Below, in pieces: positions 30,186 through 45,622 of a stretch of DNA of 64,000 bases. The position numbers and the translations under genes are program-made. Position 1 is the stretch's first letter, and each line of letters opens with the position of its first letter. The DNA is from the human T2T-CHM13v2.0 reference genome, Homo sapiens: assembly GCF_009914755.1 (NCBI RefSeq), contig NC_060928.1. The stretch is one strand, 5' to 3'. The notes under the pieces were generated by a model. It ran no database searches. It was not told the origin of the DNA and worked only from the letters and a program-made list of their open reading frames with translations.

Positions 30186-30786
30186 AAAGAAGGTGGAAAT
30201 CCATATTCTAAGATAAAACTTCAATTTTTAAATGCTAGCACCCGATTTAAGAAAAAGAAAACTTAAGCTTTGTATGGATCAAATAAAAGACATATATGCC
30301 CATATATGGCCCAACGGCTATCCATTTGCAACCTCCGGGTCTGATGTGCTCTAAGATTCCATCCAACTAAGGAGTTCTAGTTTTAATCATGAACCTCGTT
30401 CTCGTTGAGCAATATATATTCATTAAAAATTATACATATTAAGCAAAACCACAGAAAGTTTCTTTCAGTAAATTGTGTCTTTGATTTTCTTCATAAATTA
30501 TTGTAGAGCTCTTAGGACTTTCACTTGTAAAAGGCCCAGATTGAAGAGAGGAAATAACAAGAAGGGGAAAATGGAAAGAAGATAATCAGACATGCAAATA
30601 CAATAGACATTTGCCAGTATAACTAACATTTATCAATCCCTACGGATTGAAGACTGCTGATTTTGTTTGTTTTTACTAGCTGGGGAGAAAATAATAAAAA
30701 AGTTTTTGTAGCAGAGGAAATGTTGACCTTTCCAGAACAATAATTATATAATTATTAGGCTACCTTAGAAGAATATACTCAATGAT

Positions 30787-31410
<624 letters not shown>

Positions 31411-34199
31411 AAGAATATACTCAATGCATGTGGTTATTTAAAATCCAGTCTACTGTAGCATAGTAAATACCTCCTTACATTATGGATATTCTTTATTATC
31501 TCAAAATTTTTGATCAACTAGTAATTGTTCCAAAACTGTGATCATATCCTTTAAAATAAAAGGAAAAAAGAATAATCAGAGGGCACATGCCAAGAAGTAA
31601 AACGAATGCATAAAACATAGCTTTAGGGCTACTTTGCTTCACCAGCAGTTTTAAACAATGAGTTGAATGCTGCTCCAGTGAAAAATACTAGATTTTTTTC
31701 TAAGAAATTTAACAAAAGAAGCAAATAATAACTTAAGCCATTACATAAAGAACGTTTCCATTTTCAGTGAAACAGCCCAATCATCTTTGCTAATACTTCT
31801 GGTCACCTAGGTCTTACCTTGTGATCTACCACCAGGGGAAATTACATTTACCTGAGTTTCAGGGCAGGCCAGGGCTCCTCAGGAGACTCTTTTAATAGTG
31901 TTGTTATGTAGTCTTAGTAAACAGTTCAAACTAGAACTTGGGTAGATTTTTGAGTTGAGGTTTCCCCAGTAGTGATACCTTTTCAATAACATAGTAGAGT
32001 ATCTAATGGAATATAAAGAAAAAGATTAACAATAAAACCGACAGTTTCAGAAAAAATACCCACTCGACAATGTTCTCTTTGCTTATGAGTTACCGCTCCA
32101 CAGAACAAGCTCTATAGAGTGTATGTAAGCATACATACTTTCAGTTTCAGAACAAAGAATAAAAATATAAAAAGGTAAAAATGAAAATGTGTGCTATTCT
32201 GCTGCAATGTAACTGAGAGTTATAAAGGCCCTGTGAACAATATTGAGTTTGCAGTAGCACAATCATATCACGAAAGATTTACCTTCACTCTGCAAACTCA
32301 ATATAGGGCAATAACAGTCTATTACAAGCTGAGCAATACAACATCAAAGGAATGTTTAAAAGAACTAGACAGAACCTTTAAATCAACACAATTGAGTTAT
32401 CTTCCCCCAAAGGAAGCACCATGAGAGAGCTCATAGCAGGATTTTTCAAGAGGTATTACTAATTTACCATAAGTTATATTTAATACACTTTTAAAATGTA
32501 GTTTGTAATCTCTCTTTACTTTTTAGAACACAGAGCAATAAATTAAAAGAGAAACAATCCCCAAAGAGCAAGAGACTGGGAGGAACAAAAATGACAATAG
32601 TTTTATTCTTTGGGGGCTGACACTTCAAATAATTCTCCCACAACTGAAAAGGCTCTCCTTTCCTGATTTCAGCAAAGATCTCCCCTTCCCCAATATCAAT
32701 AAAATTCTTCAAATATGTATCTGGAAGAATAACGTCAAAATATAAAATTAATCAATATTAAAATCCTGTTAAAAAGAGCAAGACATCATAAAATTTTAGA
32801 AAAAATGGTAAGAAAGTCTCTTAGTACCTTCCATAGAAAAGTAAACAATTTTATTCCGCCTTCTTGTAATTAAAATGAACCTTTGAGAGGTTGAGATTCT
32901 TATCCAGGCTGTGTCAGAAATGGTAGTAGCATTTATTTTGGGATGGTACTGTTCATTGTTGGCAACTCTTAGACATTTTCTTAGCATTTTACTATTTCCC
33001 CATACATTTTCATTTTTAATTTATTTAATATTTAAGAGTATGTTTAGTTTAATTAAGTGTTGAGGCAAGATGTTACGCTTCTACATACATAGCAAAGACT
33101 TTGTTGTTATAAATTTTAGTCTAAATTCACATGTTTGCATTTCTTGTGAAGCAGAACTATTGAACATTACTAAATTATTCATCATCTATTAATGTCTGAT
33201 ATTTGTACACATAGTGATAAATTTCTATATGACACTTATAGAACCACTCCTCCAATTATTTGCAAAGTTATACTTTTTCATTTTTGTGTAGCATTTTTGT
33301 TTTGACTTAGCTATCCTAATACCAGAAATGTATGCAAAAGGTTTTAAATTCTAGATAAATTGTATTTATAATGGCTTTTCTATACATGAATTTTCTGCTT
33401 TAGTGATGAAAACACACCCACAACAGGTGCGTGAAACTGCCTGCAACACATGGCAAATGGGGGAAGTACTAGGGTTTGTCCCTTTTGATATAGAATGGTT
33501 TTATTGGTGTCACACAGTAAGATTTTATAATAAATCAGATTGTACATGGATTTATACTTATGTATCTGATGTTAGAAAATATTTAATTCATGTTTATAAT
33601 GCTTTTAATTTTATAACCAGCTTCCGAAATTTCTTTACAATTGACCTTTATGACAAGTCTATTTTATTTGAAATTGCCCATTACCAGGTATTTTTTTTTC
33701 AGATATTTGAACTGTATTTTTGTTTCTCTTTTTTAAAGCCTGCTCTTTTTTTTAAGTCCATTCAACTTCTTCATGCTAATATTGTGATTTTAAAGGCAGC
33801 ATTCTGATTCATATTTTTTATAATCTTGGCTGGGCAATAGAAAACTAATTCCATCAGTTATTACATACTTTTGATAAGTTTCTCTGGAGTTCCATTATTT
33901 GAAACATTGCTGTGAATATCATAGAATTTTTATGTTTAATATTATGTGATTAAAATATGTGTTGACAACACATGTTGACAGATATATCAAGGTTTGCTTG
34001 TTTATAATTGTCGTAAGTAGTTCATGCAAATCACAACTGAGAATTGTAATTTTGTTTCCTTTTCATTCAACTTAAGTTAATAATTCTATCACTAATATCA
34101 AATGTTCAACAAGCTGCATATCATGTGCAGCTCTAATCTCCTAAAAACACTATACTGATGTTTGTTTAATGCCTGATGTAAACAAGTTTACATATTTTA

Positions 34200-34410
34200 A
34201 CAGTGGTTAAAAAAATACATATGTTGTAGTCAAACCTGGATTTGAATTACTATTCAGCTATAACAATTGTATGATTATGCCTCAGTTTTTCTTTTATGAA
34301 ACAGAGATAGCAATGATAATTATAGGATTGCTGTAGGGATTAAATTAGATATTACTTATAAAATTTCTAGCACTATGGCACATAGTATTCAAGAAATGTT
34401 GGCTGTTCTC
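34200..34410 (+). mobile_element. MIR
   Basis: cagtggttaa...tgcctcagttttct...ataggattgctgtagggattaaat...tggcacatagta. Confidence 0.75.
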
Positions 34411-34830
34411 ATTGAAAAAATATGTTCAGAAATGCTCTGATGGCTTCTAATCAGTGTCATGAACATTATAAAGTTTTACCCAACCACAGAATCCACTGGC
34501 TGTGATAAAATAAGTTTGTTGACTCTTGTGCAGAGATTATGGAACCAACACCTGTTGCCTAACAGTAGTGGGACTCATACCAAATATCAATGAATGAGTA
34601 ACTGCCCTAAACAGCTATCACAGCCATAAGGCAGTTGGTTCTATAGTCTAGACCTGTTTAAGAGTTGAATCAAGTCACCTGCTGACTATAATAGCCATCA
34701 GGAGGGTAATACAAAATTTTATCTTAGTGATTATCTGTTATAACATGACGTGATATATATATTGCCTTCCAAGTTCTTGCTTGAAGGACATTTTAGCAAT
34801 GATACCTGGGAGTGATTCAGAGTTAGGGAT

Positions 34831-35327
34831 TATATTAGGGTTCTCCAGAGAAACACAACCAATAGGAGAGACAGAGAGAGAGAGAGAAAGAGAGTGGGGG
34901 GTATAGATAGAAGAGAGATAACAAAAAGAAAATGAAATGTATTATAAGGAATTGGCTCACACAAATATGGATAATGAAAAGTCTTATAATCTGCTGTGTG
35001 CAAGCTAGAGACCCAGGAAAGCTGGCGAGGTACTCCAAAGGCCTGAGAGCCATGAGCACTGAAAGCAGAAGAGCAATGTTCCAGCTCAAGTAGTTAGGCA
35101 GAGAACGAATTGAAGCTTTGTCTACCTTTTTGTTCTATTCAGGTTCTGAACAGATTCAATGGTGCTGACCTACATTGGTGGGGGGCCATCAGCTTTACTC
35201 AGTTCACCAATTCAAATGCTAATATCTTCCAGAAACATTCTTATAGTCCCACTCAGACATAATGTTTTACCAGGTATCTGGATATCCCATAGCCCAGTCA
35301 TTTTGACTCATGAAATTAACCATCACA
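34831..35327 (-). mobile_element. MLT2 (ERVL) solo LTR
   Basis: Termini tattagggttctccagagaaacacaaccaatagga and aaattaaccatcaca. Confidence 0.88.
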
Positions 35328-35493
35328 GGGGTCAAGCACCATCAATTTTGACTATTTAAATCTTGGCCTGTAAAAAAAACTACTTATCAATGATACCTAG
35401 CTCATTAGTACTTTTAATTAAGTTGCAGAAGAGAATATGGCTATTATCAGAAAGAGAGATGATTTATGCAAAAATGTTTACCAGAAATTTCTT

Positions 35494-35593
35494 TTTTTTT
35501 TTTTTTTTTTTTTTTGAGACGGAGTCTCGCTCTGTCGCCCAGGCTGGTGCGCAGTAGTGCTGGGATTACAGGCGTGAGCCACTGTGCCCGGCC
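35494..35593 (-). mobile_element. Alu retaining both ends but with ~200 bp deleted internally
   Basis: T tail plus 40 bp of the 3' end fused to 38 bp of the 5' end; TSD cagaaatttctt (35482-35493, 35594-35605). Confidence 0.92.
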
Positions 35594-36350
35594 CAGAAAT
35601 TTCTTAAAAATAGATTATACTCCTTCACTAATGAAGCTTAAAAGAAAAATAAATAAATAAATGTTTTATTAATTTGTTTCAACATTTAGTAGTAAATGGC
35701 CAACTTTACTCTTGAGTTCTATTTGAGAATACTGTGGCTCCTGTACTCGTAAGTCCCTAATGTCCTTAACCACTTCCCATAAAGTGGCAGAAATAGATCA
35801 TCCTTTCATTATTTTCAAGTGGGCCTAGAAGCAATGTTCCCTCCTAGAACAACTCTAATCCTGTCAGTGGCACAGAAATAACTATACTGGTACACTCACA
35901 GTTTATTTAATGTATATTTATTGTGTTCATTTGTGATTGCATGCATTTATTTGGACTTAGTCTGAGTCTGTTTTTTTACTTCAAATTCTCCATAGACAGA
36001 ATCTATATTTTCTACTTTCTTCCTCTTATTTCCTGGGTATTTGGCATAGTACTCTTCAAAAGCACTGAAGTACCGGTGAATAACAAAGGATAGAACTGTC
36101 TAAAATGCATTAAAGGATCAATGTATCGTTAATAACTGAAGAGGCTCATATTTTTACCTTTTTTTATTTTAATATGGATCAAAACCTTTAAAGATTGTTA
36201 CTATGCTGACATGTTTTCAAATATTGCACAGAAAATATGAATAAGTAAATCAGTAAATTAATGATTGAGAACAGATATGAGATTTTCAGCATCCTTCTAA
36301 AAATCACAGGCAATCATTGAAAACTAATATGTTTAGTCATTAAGACTAAC

Positions 36351-36480
36351 GGTCATGGCAGCACACACCTATAATCCCAGCTACTCATGAAGCTGAGGGG
36401 GCAGGACCACTTGAGCCCAGGAATTCAGGACCAGCCTGGGCAACATAGTGCGACCCAATCTAAAACAAAACAAAACAAAA
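36351..36480 (+). mobile_element. FLAM-like Alu monomer
   Basis: Monomer ending gaccagcctgggcaacatagtgcgaccc plus (AAAAC)n; actaa(c/t)ggtc on both sides. Confidence 0.85.
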
Positions 36481-37490
36481 CTAATGGTCTTTTTGGCCTT
36501 CTCAAATATAAAACAAAATGTAAGCGTTACCTTACTTTATATCTAAATGGTAGCTGATAAACAGGATGAGATTCCCATTTACCGCCAATGTAGAGACTAT
36601 GTTGATCATAAAACAAACGCAAGGATTTAAAACTTCAGTGAAATGTAGCCAATGGCTTCAAATAATTAATTCTGGATCTATTATCCTTGGATCTGAGAGA
36701 TTCCTGAGATCCTGGATGTGTTAGAGGATTACTTCAATCATGGTATTCATCCATCTAAAGCCCTAACATTCATCAGGATCATACTAATCATTTGATGTAG
36801 TTTTGGGTGGGATGCCACAATTTTTTCAAATTACAGGCTGACTGACTAGTGAATCTCAGTCCACCCTTACTGCTCTAACAGTCTTAGTTGCTGACCATGA
36901 AGTGGCATTAAATGGCAGATGATAGACTATCCCATTTTCCACTCATGTTTTATCTACTCTCTCCTCCTTCTATCTCTCCTAAAGAAAATCTAGGCATTCT
37001 TCCAAATCTCGTTAAAATATCACCTCTTTTCTCAATTATTTCAGGAGTTATTTCCAAACATTACAGTTCACATGCCCATCATCTCCCTCACTCATTCAGC
37101 CATTTGTTCATCCAACAAATATTAATCATCTGCTACATAACAGGCACTGTTCTTGGCATTTGGTGTGAACCAAACAGATAAAATACCTCTGTCTTTGTAG
37201 TGCCTAATTTCTAATGGAAGAAAAATTAATTATTATTTTTATGGTCTCATATTAGTTTATTATTGCACTTGTCATGTTTATCATAGATAGTTGTTTACGT
37301 GTCTTGCTTGCTGGGTAGCAAGGACCAGATAACGTTTATCTTTTCGGTCTTTATCACCAGCACTCAGGACATTGCCTGGCACTGTCACATAGGGAAGAAC
37401 CAAAACATACAGTTTGGAGCCCTTCTATTAAATTTATATTTGGTCAATATTTGTTTTGGTTACATCCTATGGCTTAAGAAACTAGCCCAA

Positions 37491-37885
37491 GGCCAGGTGT
37501 GGTAGCTCACTCCTGTAATCCAGCAATTTGGGAGCTGAAGACAGGAAGATTACTTGAGGCCAGGAGTTTGAGACCAGCTTGGGCAACGTAGCAAGACCCA
37601 ACTATAAAAAAATTTTAAAAAAAATAGCCAGGTGACATGCACCTGGAGTTCTAGCTATTCAGGAGGCTAAGATAGGAGGATCACTTGAACCTAGACATTC
37701 AAGGCTACAGTGAGCTCTGATCACACCACTGTACTCCAGCCTGGGTGGCAGAGTGAGACCCTGTGGAAGGGAAGGGAAGGGAAGGCAAGGAAGAGAGGGA
37801 AGGGAGGGGAGGGGAGAAAAGAAAAGAAGAGAGAAGAGAAAACAAAAGAAAAGGAAAGAAAAGAAAGGAAAGGAAAAGAAAAGGA
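37491..37885 (+). mobile_element. AluJ with a polypurine (GGAAG/GAAAA) tail at ~37765-37885
   Basis: Dimeric Alu; gaaactagc(c/t)caa on both sides (TSD). Confidence 0.9.
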
Positions 37886-38057
37886 AAGGAAACTAGCTCA
37901 AAACTTAGTCACTTAAAGCAACACTTTTATTTTGCTCACAATTTTGTGGAACAGAAATTTGGAAAGGGCTCTGCAGGGCAGTTTATATCTGATCTATATG
38001 GTTTCTGTTATAGCTATGGTGGTTGGGGATGGAGAATCCTCTTCCAAGATGGCATCT

Positions 38058-38268
38058 ATTTTTTCTAATAATTTCAATTTTTATTTTAGATTTCAGGGGG
38101 TATATGTGCAGGTTTGTTACTTGGGTATATTGTGTGAGGCTGAGGCTTGGTATAAGGTTGATTGATCCCATAACCCAGGTACTGAGCACAGTACTCAATA
38201 ATTACTTTTCAACCCTTTCTCTCTCACTCCCTTTCCCCTCTAGTAGTCCCTAGTGCCTATTGTTGCCA
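38058..38268 (-). mobile_element. Short L1 (L1PB/old L1PA-like) 3'UTR insertion
   Basis: tgtgcaggtttgttac...; TSD caagatggcat (38045-38055, 38269-38279). Confidence 0.85.
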
Positions 38269-38621
38269 CAAGATGGCATATTTATTTACATTTTTTTGTA
38301 CCTTGTAGCAACATGCTCTCTCTCTTCACATACGTTTTCATCCTGCAGAGCCTCTCCATGTGATTTGGGCTTCCACAACACAATAGTCTCAGGGTAGTCA
38401 CTTTTTACATGGTAGATGGTTTTTGAAGAGGGAGAAACTGCTAGGCCACTCAAAGGCTATACCAGAAATGGCATAGCATCATTTCTCCCATACTCTAATG
38501 CTCAAAGCAGTCGTGAACACTGCCATATTTAAGAAGGTAGAGAAACACATACCACCTCTTGATAGGGGAGTGTCAGGTTGTTCAGAAGGACAGCGGAATG
38601 AGTAATATTCTTGCGGCCATC

Positions 38622-39030
38622 TGTCTTTGTCCACTTGTGCTGCTATCACAAAATATCTGAGACTGGGTAATTTATAAATAATAGAAATGTGTTTCTCACA
38701 GTTCTGCAGGCTGGGAAGTCCAAGATCAAGGTGACGGCAGATTCAGCATCTGGTGAGGACTCACCCTACTTCCAAGATGGTGCCTTATTGCTGGCTGCGT
38801 CCTCCAGAGGAAACAAGCACTGTGTCCTCACATGGTAGAAGGCATGGAAGGGCAAAAGAGCCTCGTTAGTTCCTTCCAGCCCTTGCATAAGTGTATTCTT
38901 GCTATTCTTGAGGGCAGAGCCTTCATATCCTAATCACCTCCCAAAGGTCCCACCCTTCTTATATCATCACCTTGGTGATCAGGGTTCAACATATGAATTT
39001 TGGAGGGATACATGCATTCAAACCATAGTA
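38622..39030 (-). mobile_element. MST/MLT1A-type MaLR solo LTR
   Basis: gagactgggtaatttata...ggctgggaagtccaagatcaagg...cattcaaaccatagta; perfect TSD ccatc. Confidence 0.9.
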
Positions 39031-40649
39031 CCATCTTTGAAAAACAGTCTCTGCCATAACACATGATAGCTTGGTAATATATTTAATTAGTCATAGTGTG
39101 TTTAGAGGAAGCACATCTGCACTGAAGTGCAATTTAAATTGTTATTAAACAAGAAACCTGTTCTACTTCAAAGATTTGATTTTAAAATGCTAAATAGGTG
39201 GTGATTAAAAACAATGAGCAAGCAAGAATCTGAAAACTTCTAATATCAATATTTTTAAAGACACACATCGAAATTATTAGACGGCATTTATCACATTTTT
39301 AAAACTTAAAATATTTGATGTCTAAATAGTGTCTATTCTAAAACCTACACAATTTTGATTTATCTGTTATATATTTCTCATTCACTTTTAATACAACTGT
39401 ACAGTTATTGGTTAAGACTTTCCTTGATTCTTGGACTGATTTGAGAAACTTCCCCAAATCAATCCCAACAGGAATAAGAAGCCCATGCACGGGTCATCTT
39501 ATTTTCTAGACTCTTTTCATAACATGGTATGTTATGTGCCTTGATTTCTCCCCCCTGATTTATAGTCCATTGGGGAACTCAACTATTTATTAAAGATCGT
39601 GTTTCCCAGGAAATGAGGGTTATGTATATTCAACTGTGGTTTTGTGAATGTATTTATATTTATGGTATTTTAATTTAGCTCATCAACTTTGCATTATGAT
39701 TATATGGCAAATTGTTCATTGCTCTTTGTACTCTAATCATGTTATAGTGCATATAAGATTAATTGATACTGTACATTTAAAGTCAGTATCTATTTGCTTT
39801 TAGTAATCCAGGGTGGCATTTATAACTTTGTTATAATCTGAATTAGTATGAATTTATAATCTTAACATTAGAAGCCTACTATTAGTTACATGACTAACAG
39901 TATTCATATGAGGAAAGGCATTATCATAATGCCTAATAACTCTGGGTTATTGCCTGAGGCTGAAAAGGACCTTCATTTATAATTCTCAATAAAACATTCA
40001 AATTCAAAATAAGCCAGATTTCCTTAGGAAGGTACTGGAATATCTCTCTAGAGAGGAAAATCTACTACTGAAGCAGACTTTTTTAAGAATCAAATTAAGA
40101 GCTTTGGCCAGAAAAAGGAAATGTATATTTTAAAGTCAAATTGGATCTAAGGACTTGGGGAAATTACCTTGAAAGCAAGAATCCTGTTCACCCTCTGTAC
40201 ATTTGCAGCACTGTAGGATGCGCCACAGGAGTCCTGTGCTGCTGATATTCATTCCACTGCTGGGACCCACTGAAGACAGAACCCTGTGATGAGAATGACA
40301 TCACTTCTAAATGTACTCATGTTTCCTGTGTGCCAACATTAATGGACATTGCCAAAACCAAATCAATAATTTGACAACACTACTTGAAAAACAAGCTTCT
40401 TAATGATGGCTATACCATAGCAGTAAAGGAAACCTAGGCTGCTAGAGCTGAACTCTTCTTCTTGTCCATATTGCTTTACAAAGATTAAACAAAGCAATCA
40501 AAAACATTCTAATTAACTGTCATTTCTGCCTGCCTCAATACTTTAAAATCTAATTCTTCTAAACATTCAGAATAATCAAGTTTAAATAATTGAATAATAT
40601 CTTAAGTGAAATCTCAGGATATCTTTCTTCTTATTAGTCTTAAAAATAG

Positions 40650-42355
<1,706 letters not shown>

Positions 42356-43476
42356 AAAAATAGCCCTCTTGGCACTCCTAGTGCCAGATCTTGGTCTCTA
42401 CTACTGTTTCTCACTAAAAGGAATAAGTTCCCCTTGAAAAAAATGATAGAGTCCACAAGAGGTACAGGAAATAGACAAAATTAGCTAAAATATCTTGTTA
42501 CGCCATGAATTAAGGAAGTGCTAAATATAATAATGGAGCATGTTACAAACACTTGGGTGATGCTTGAAGGCATTCCACAGGTCAAATCTGGGACAACTGG
42601 AGCAAAAAATAATTACATACTCTAATGAATTATGAACAATTCTAAAAGGTTGGAATTCAGGAGTTCACACCTATAATAAATAGAAAAGAAAATAAATAGA
42701 AGAGAAAGGAGTGCTGAGTACTCTAATGTACATTGTAATACTGACTCACAAATGAGGAAGAAGTGTAGAAGCTGAAAAATCAGCACTTGTAATCATCATA
42801 GTAAAGGTTGGATTATTCAGGAATGATCAATAGGTAACATATCTGGGGAGAAATGTTTATGAGGAACAGATTATTTGTATGATCTTAAATTGTCTCCCTT
42901 CAGATTGTTTATCAGTTACAAGGGAAACTGGATATTATGCAATGGTAACATCAGACAACATACTAACAGGGTGATCAATACTAACATTACCAATGAGGAA
43001 TATATGGACATGGTGTGCCTTCGATGACATATTCTGAGAAGGCCACGATTTCACTTATGTAGTATTCTGAGCAAGAACACCTAATGAGAATCTAATCATA
43101 AGTTAACATCAGATAAATGTCAAATGAGAAACAAATATCTTTAAAAACAAAAAGATAAGAGATTGTATGCTTCAAAAATGTCTGTCATAAAAGGCAAAGA
43201 AAGGTGTGGAATTGTTCTGGATTTTAAAATGATTATAGAGATATGACAACTAAATGTAATACTAGACTCTAGAAGTGAGAGAAAATGTATTGGGTCAGTT
43301 GCCAAAATTGAAATTATATGGATGGTAGATTTAATAAATATATTCTATCAATGTTAAAATTACTGAAGCTGTTAAATGAAGTGTAGTTATGTAAGTGCAT
43401 ACCTTATTCTTAAAAAATATCTCCTGAAGTATTAAAAGGTGGCCGGGTGCAGTGGCTCACGCCTGTAATCCCAGCA

Positions 43477-43718
43477 CTGTGTAACTTCATTCTTGCATGA
43501 ATGTTATCTCATTCTACCTCTATGAAGTAGGGATTATTACAGCATCATCTTAATTTTGCAGCTGAGAAACTGAGGCACAGGGAAGTTGAAAACTTGATGA
43601 AGGTCACATAGTAAGAGGTAGAGCTGGTGATTTGACTCCAGGCTGGTTTTCCAGAAAACTTGTACCCTTATCCATGTTGTTACATTGCCTTCTAGGGAAC
43701 ATGCAACATAAATAAACA
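43477..43718 (+). repeat. Local templated duplicate of 46660-46900 (MIR-derived sequence)
   Basis: Manual alignment over ~241 bp gives about 11 substitutions and 1 indel. Confidence 0.95.
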
Positions 43719-43754
43719 GGGAGAAGTTTTAAAAGACTGTTTAAATTAAAAGGT

Positions 43755-44058
43755 GGCCGGGTGTGGTGGCTCATGCCTCTAACCCCAGCACTTTGGGAAG
43801 CCTAGTCAGGTGGATCACTTGAGGTCAGGAGTTCACGACCAGCCTGGCCAAAATGGTGAAACCCCATCTCTACTTTAAAAAATGCAAAAGTTAGCCAGGT
43901 GTGGTGGTGCATGCCTGTAGTCCCAGCTACTCAGGAGGCCGAGGCAGAATTGCTTGAACCTGGGAGGCAGAGGTTGCAGTGAGCCAAGATAGTGCCAGCT
44001 ACTGCACTACAAGCTGGACAATAGAGTGAGACTGTCTCAAAACAAACAAACAAAAAAA
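43755..44058 (+). mobile_element. AluS whose first 38 bp and 10-bp flank are duplicated at 43431-43478
   Basis: Dimeric Alu; attaaaaggtggccgggtg occurs at both 43431 and 43745. Confidence 0.93.
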
Positions 44059-45622
44059 AGTTACAAGACCATAATACATGTAACGTATGTAAAATGATTC
44101 AAAATATATGTGTAAGTGTGTGTGCAAGAGCAGAAATAAGAGAGACAAAAAAATGAGCCAATGAGAAAGTAAATTAGATAAAAAAAAAATAAATGAATCT
44201 GGGTAAATAAACAGTATAGTATAAAGATAATATTTGAACTATACTTATTCTTGCAACTTTTCTGAAATTTTTTTTAAAGCAGCTCTGCTGAAGCAGTATG
44301 TACAAGAAGAAAACATCATTACTGTTTCCCACTGGCACACTCTCCAGCATGTAATGAAGTATGCCTAAATCCATCCTGCAGAAAACTGGGAATTATTGTG
44401 TGCCTACATTTCAGGTGAATTTGATTCCGAATAATGTAGTAGGCAGCCTTGGTAGTTAACTAAACTGCCTTCAAATCAAAGGCAATGTAGTACAGGTCAT
44501 GGGATTGGGTTAACTGTAAAAAGCCTTGTTCTTAAGTCCCTAGGTGATACCTGACACACTCAAGCACTAACTTTGTAGGCTTGAGTACAGAAGATAAGTG
44601 AAAAGTCACACAGTGGTTCCTTTGCATTTGGCCCAGCAGCCAAGTTTAAAAGGACAAACAGGCTGTACTGCATAGAAGGTGAAATGCTTAAATGTCAGAG
44701 CAGCATTGTTAGGAGCTATCTATATGCATAGCAACTATCATGTGTTCCAAAAAAAAAAAAAAACAGAGAGTACATTTCATGAAGGGAAATAAGAATAAAA
44801 GACTGTATCCTGCTTTACCATTCCCAAAAGACCCAGGAAAATCTTTTAACAATTTAAATGTTGTTGACTTTATTGACCTATGTATTGTGTTCCTCTCAAA
44901 ACCAAGGGAAAATATACAAAGTGTTTACATATTTATCCTCTAGGGGCACAACAGGAAAGCCAATCAACGTTAGTCTTCACTTTCTTCATTTTCAAAAGTA
45001 GCATCTAGCGTCTAACAAATTTCCATGTGCTCCCACATACAGGCTTTTATGAAAGGCTGGTAAAGGATTTATTTTCTTTAAAAAGACGTGATGTCACATA
45101 AAATTGTTGGCTATTTTTTTCTTTCTGGCCAGGTAATTTTACTCTTTGGTTTTTTCTTCCATCTTTTAAAAGTATATTTCCTTTACAAATAAAATAATTT
45201 AGCTGGAATTATTTGTAAAGTAAATTGGTTATTTATTATACAATGATGAATAATTATATTTTTTTCTCAATAAATTGAGCATCTTTGGATGAGATCAAGA
45301 AGCTGCTCTAGCTCAAGTGGAAGTAACAGGGAGAAGTTTTAAATGACTGACGGCTGAAATTGTCATAAGAGAAAGGAGATAAAGAATACCAACACTCACC
45401 TGCTTCAATCAAGTGACTGGGCACCACCACACAATCTTAGGTATCCCTCAGAGCCAGTTCCACAATACTCTCCCGCTTTATAAAGTTCTTTGTTCAAAAC
45501 AGTGAACTTGTTTCTTTGTCACCTTCTGATCTCTTGGGTTGTTTTGAGAGGTGAGAAGATGGCAGTTTGGTTAATTCAATGAAGTGGAGGTGGAATGGAG
45601 ATGAAAGAAAAGTCAGGGCCTT

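Larger units (their letters stand above)
37465..39057 (-). mobile_element. Old MLT1 (J/K-like) LTR hosting Alu, L1 and MST insertions
   Basis: caaaacttagtcacttaaagcaac...ttgctcacaattttgtgg...cttccaagatggc...ggccatc|...|ccatctttgaaaa. Confidence 0.65.
42373..44280 (+). mobile_element. L1MC-type 3' region, interrupted at 43441-44058
   Basis: gggtgatcaatactaacattacc...gagatatgacaactaaatg...ctgaagtatt; ends actatacttattcttgcaacttttctg. Confidence 0.7.
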
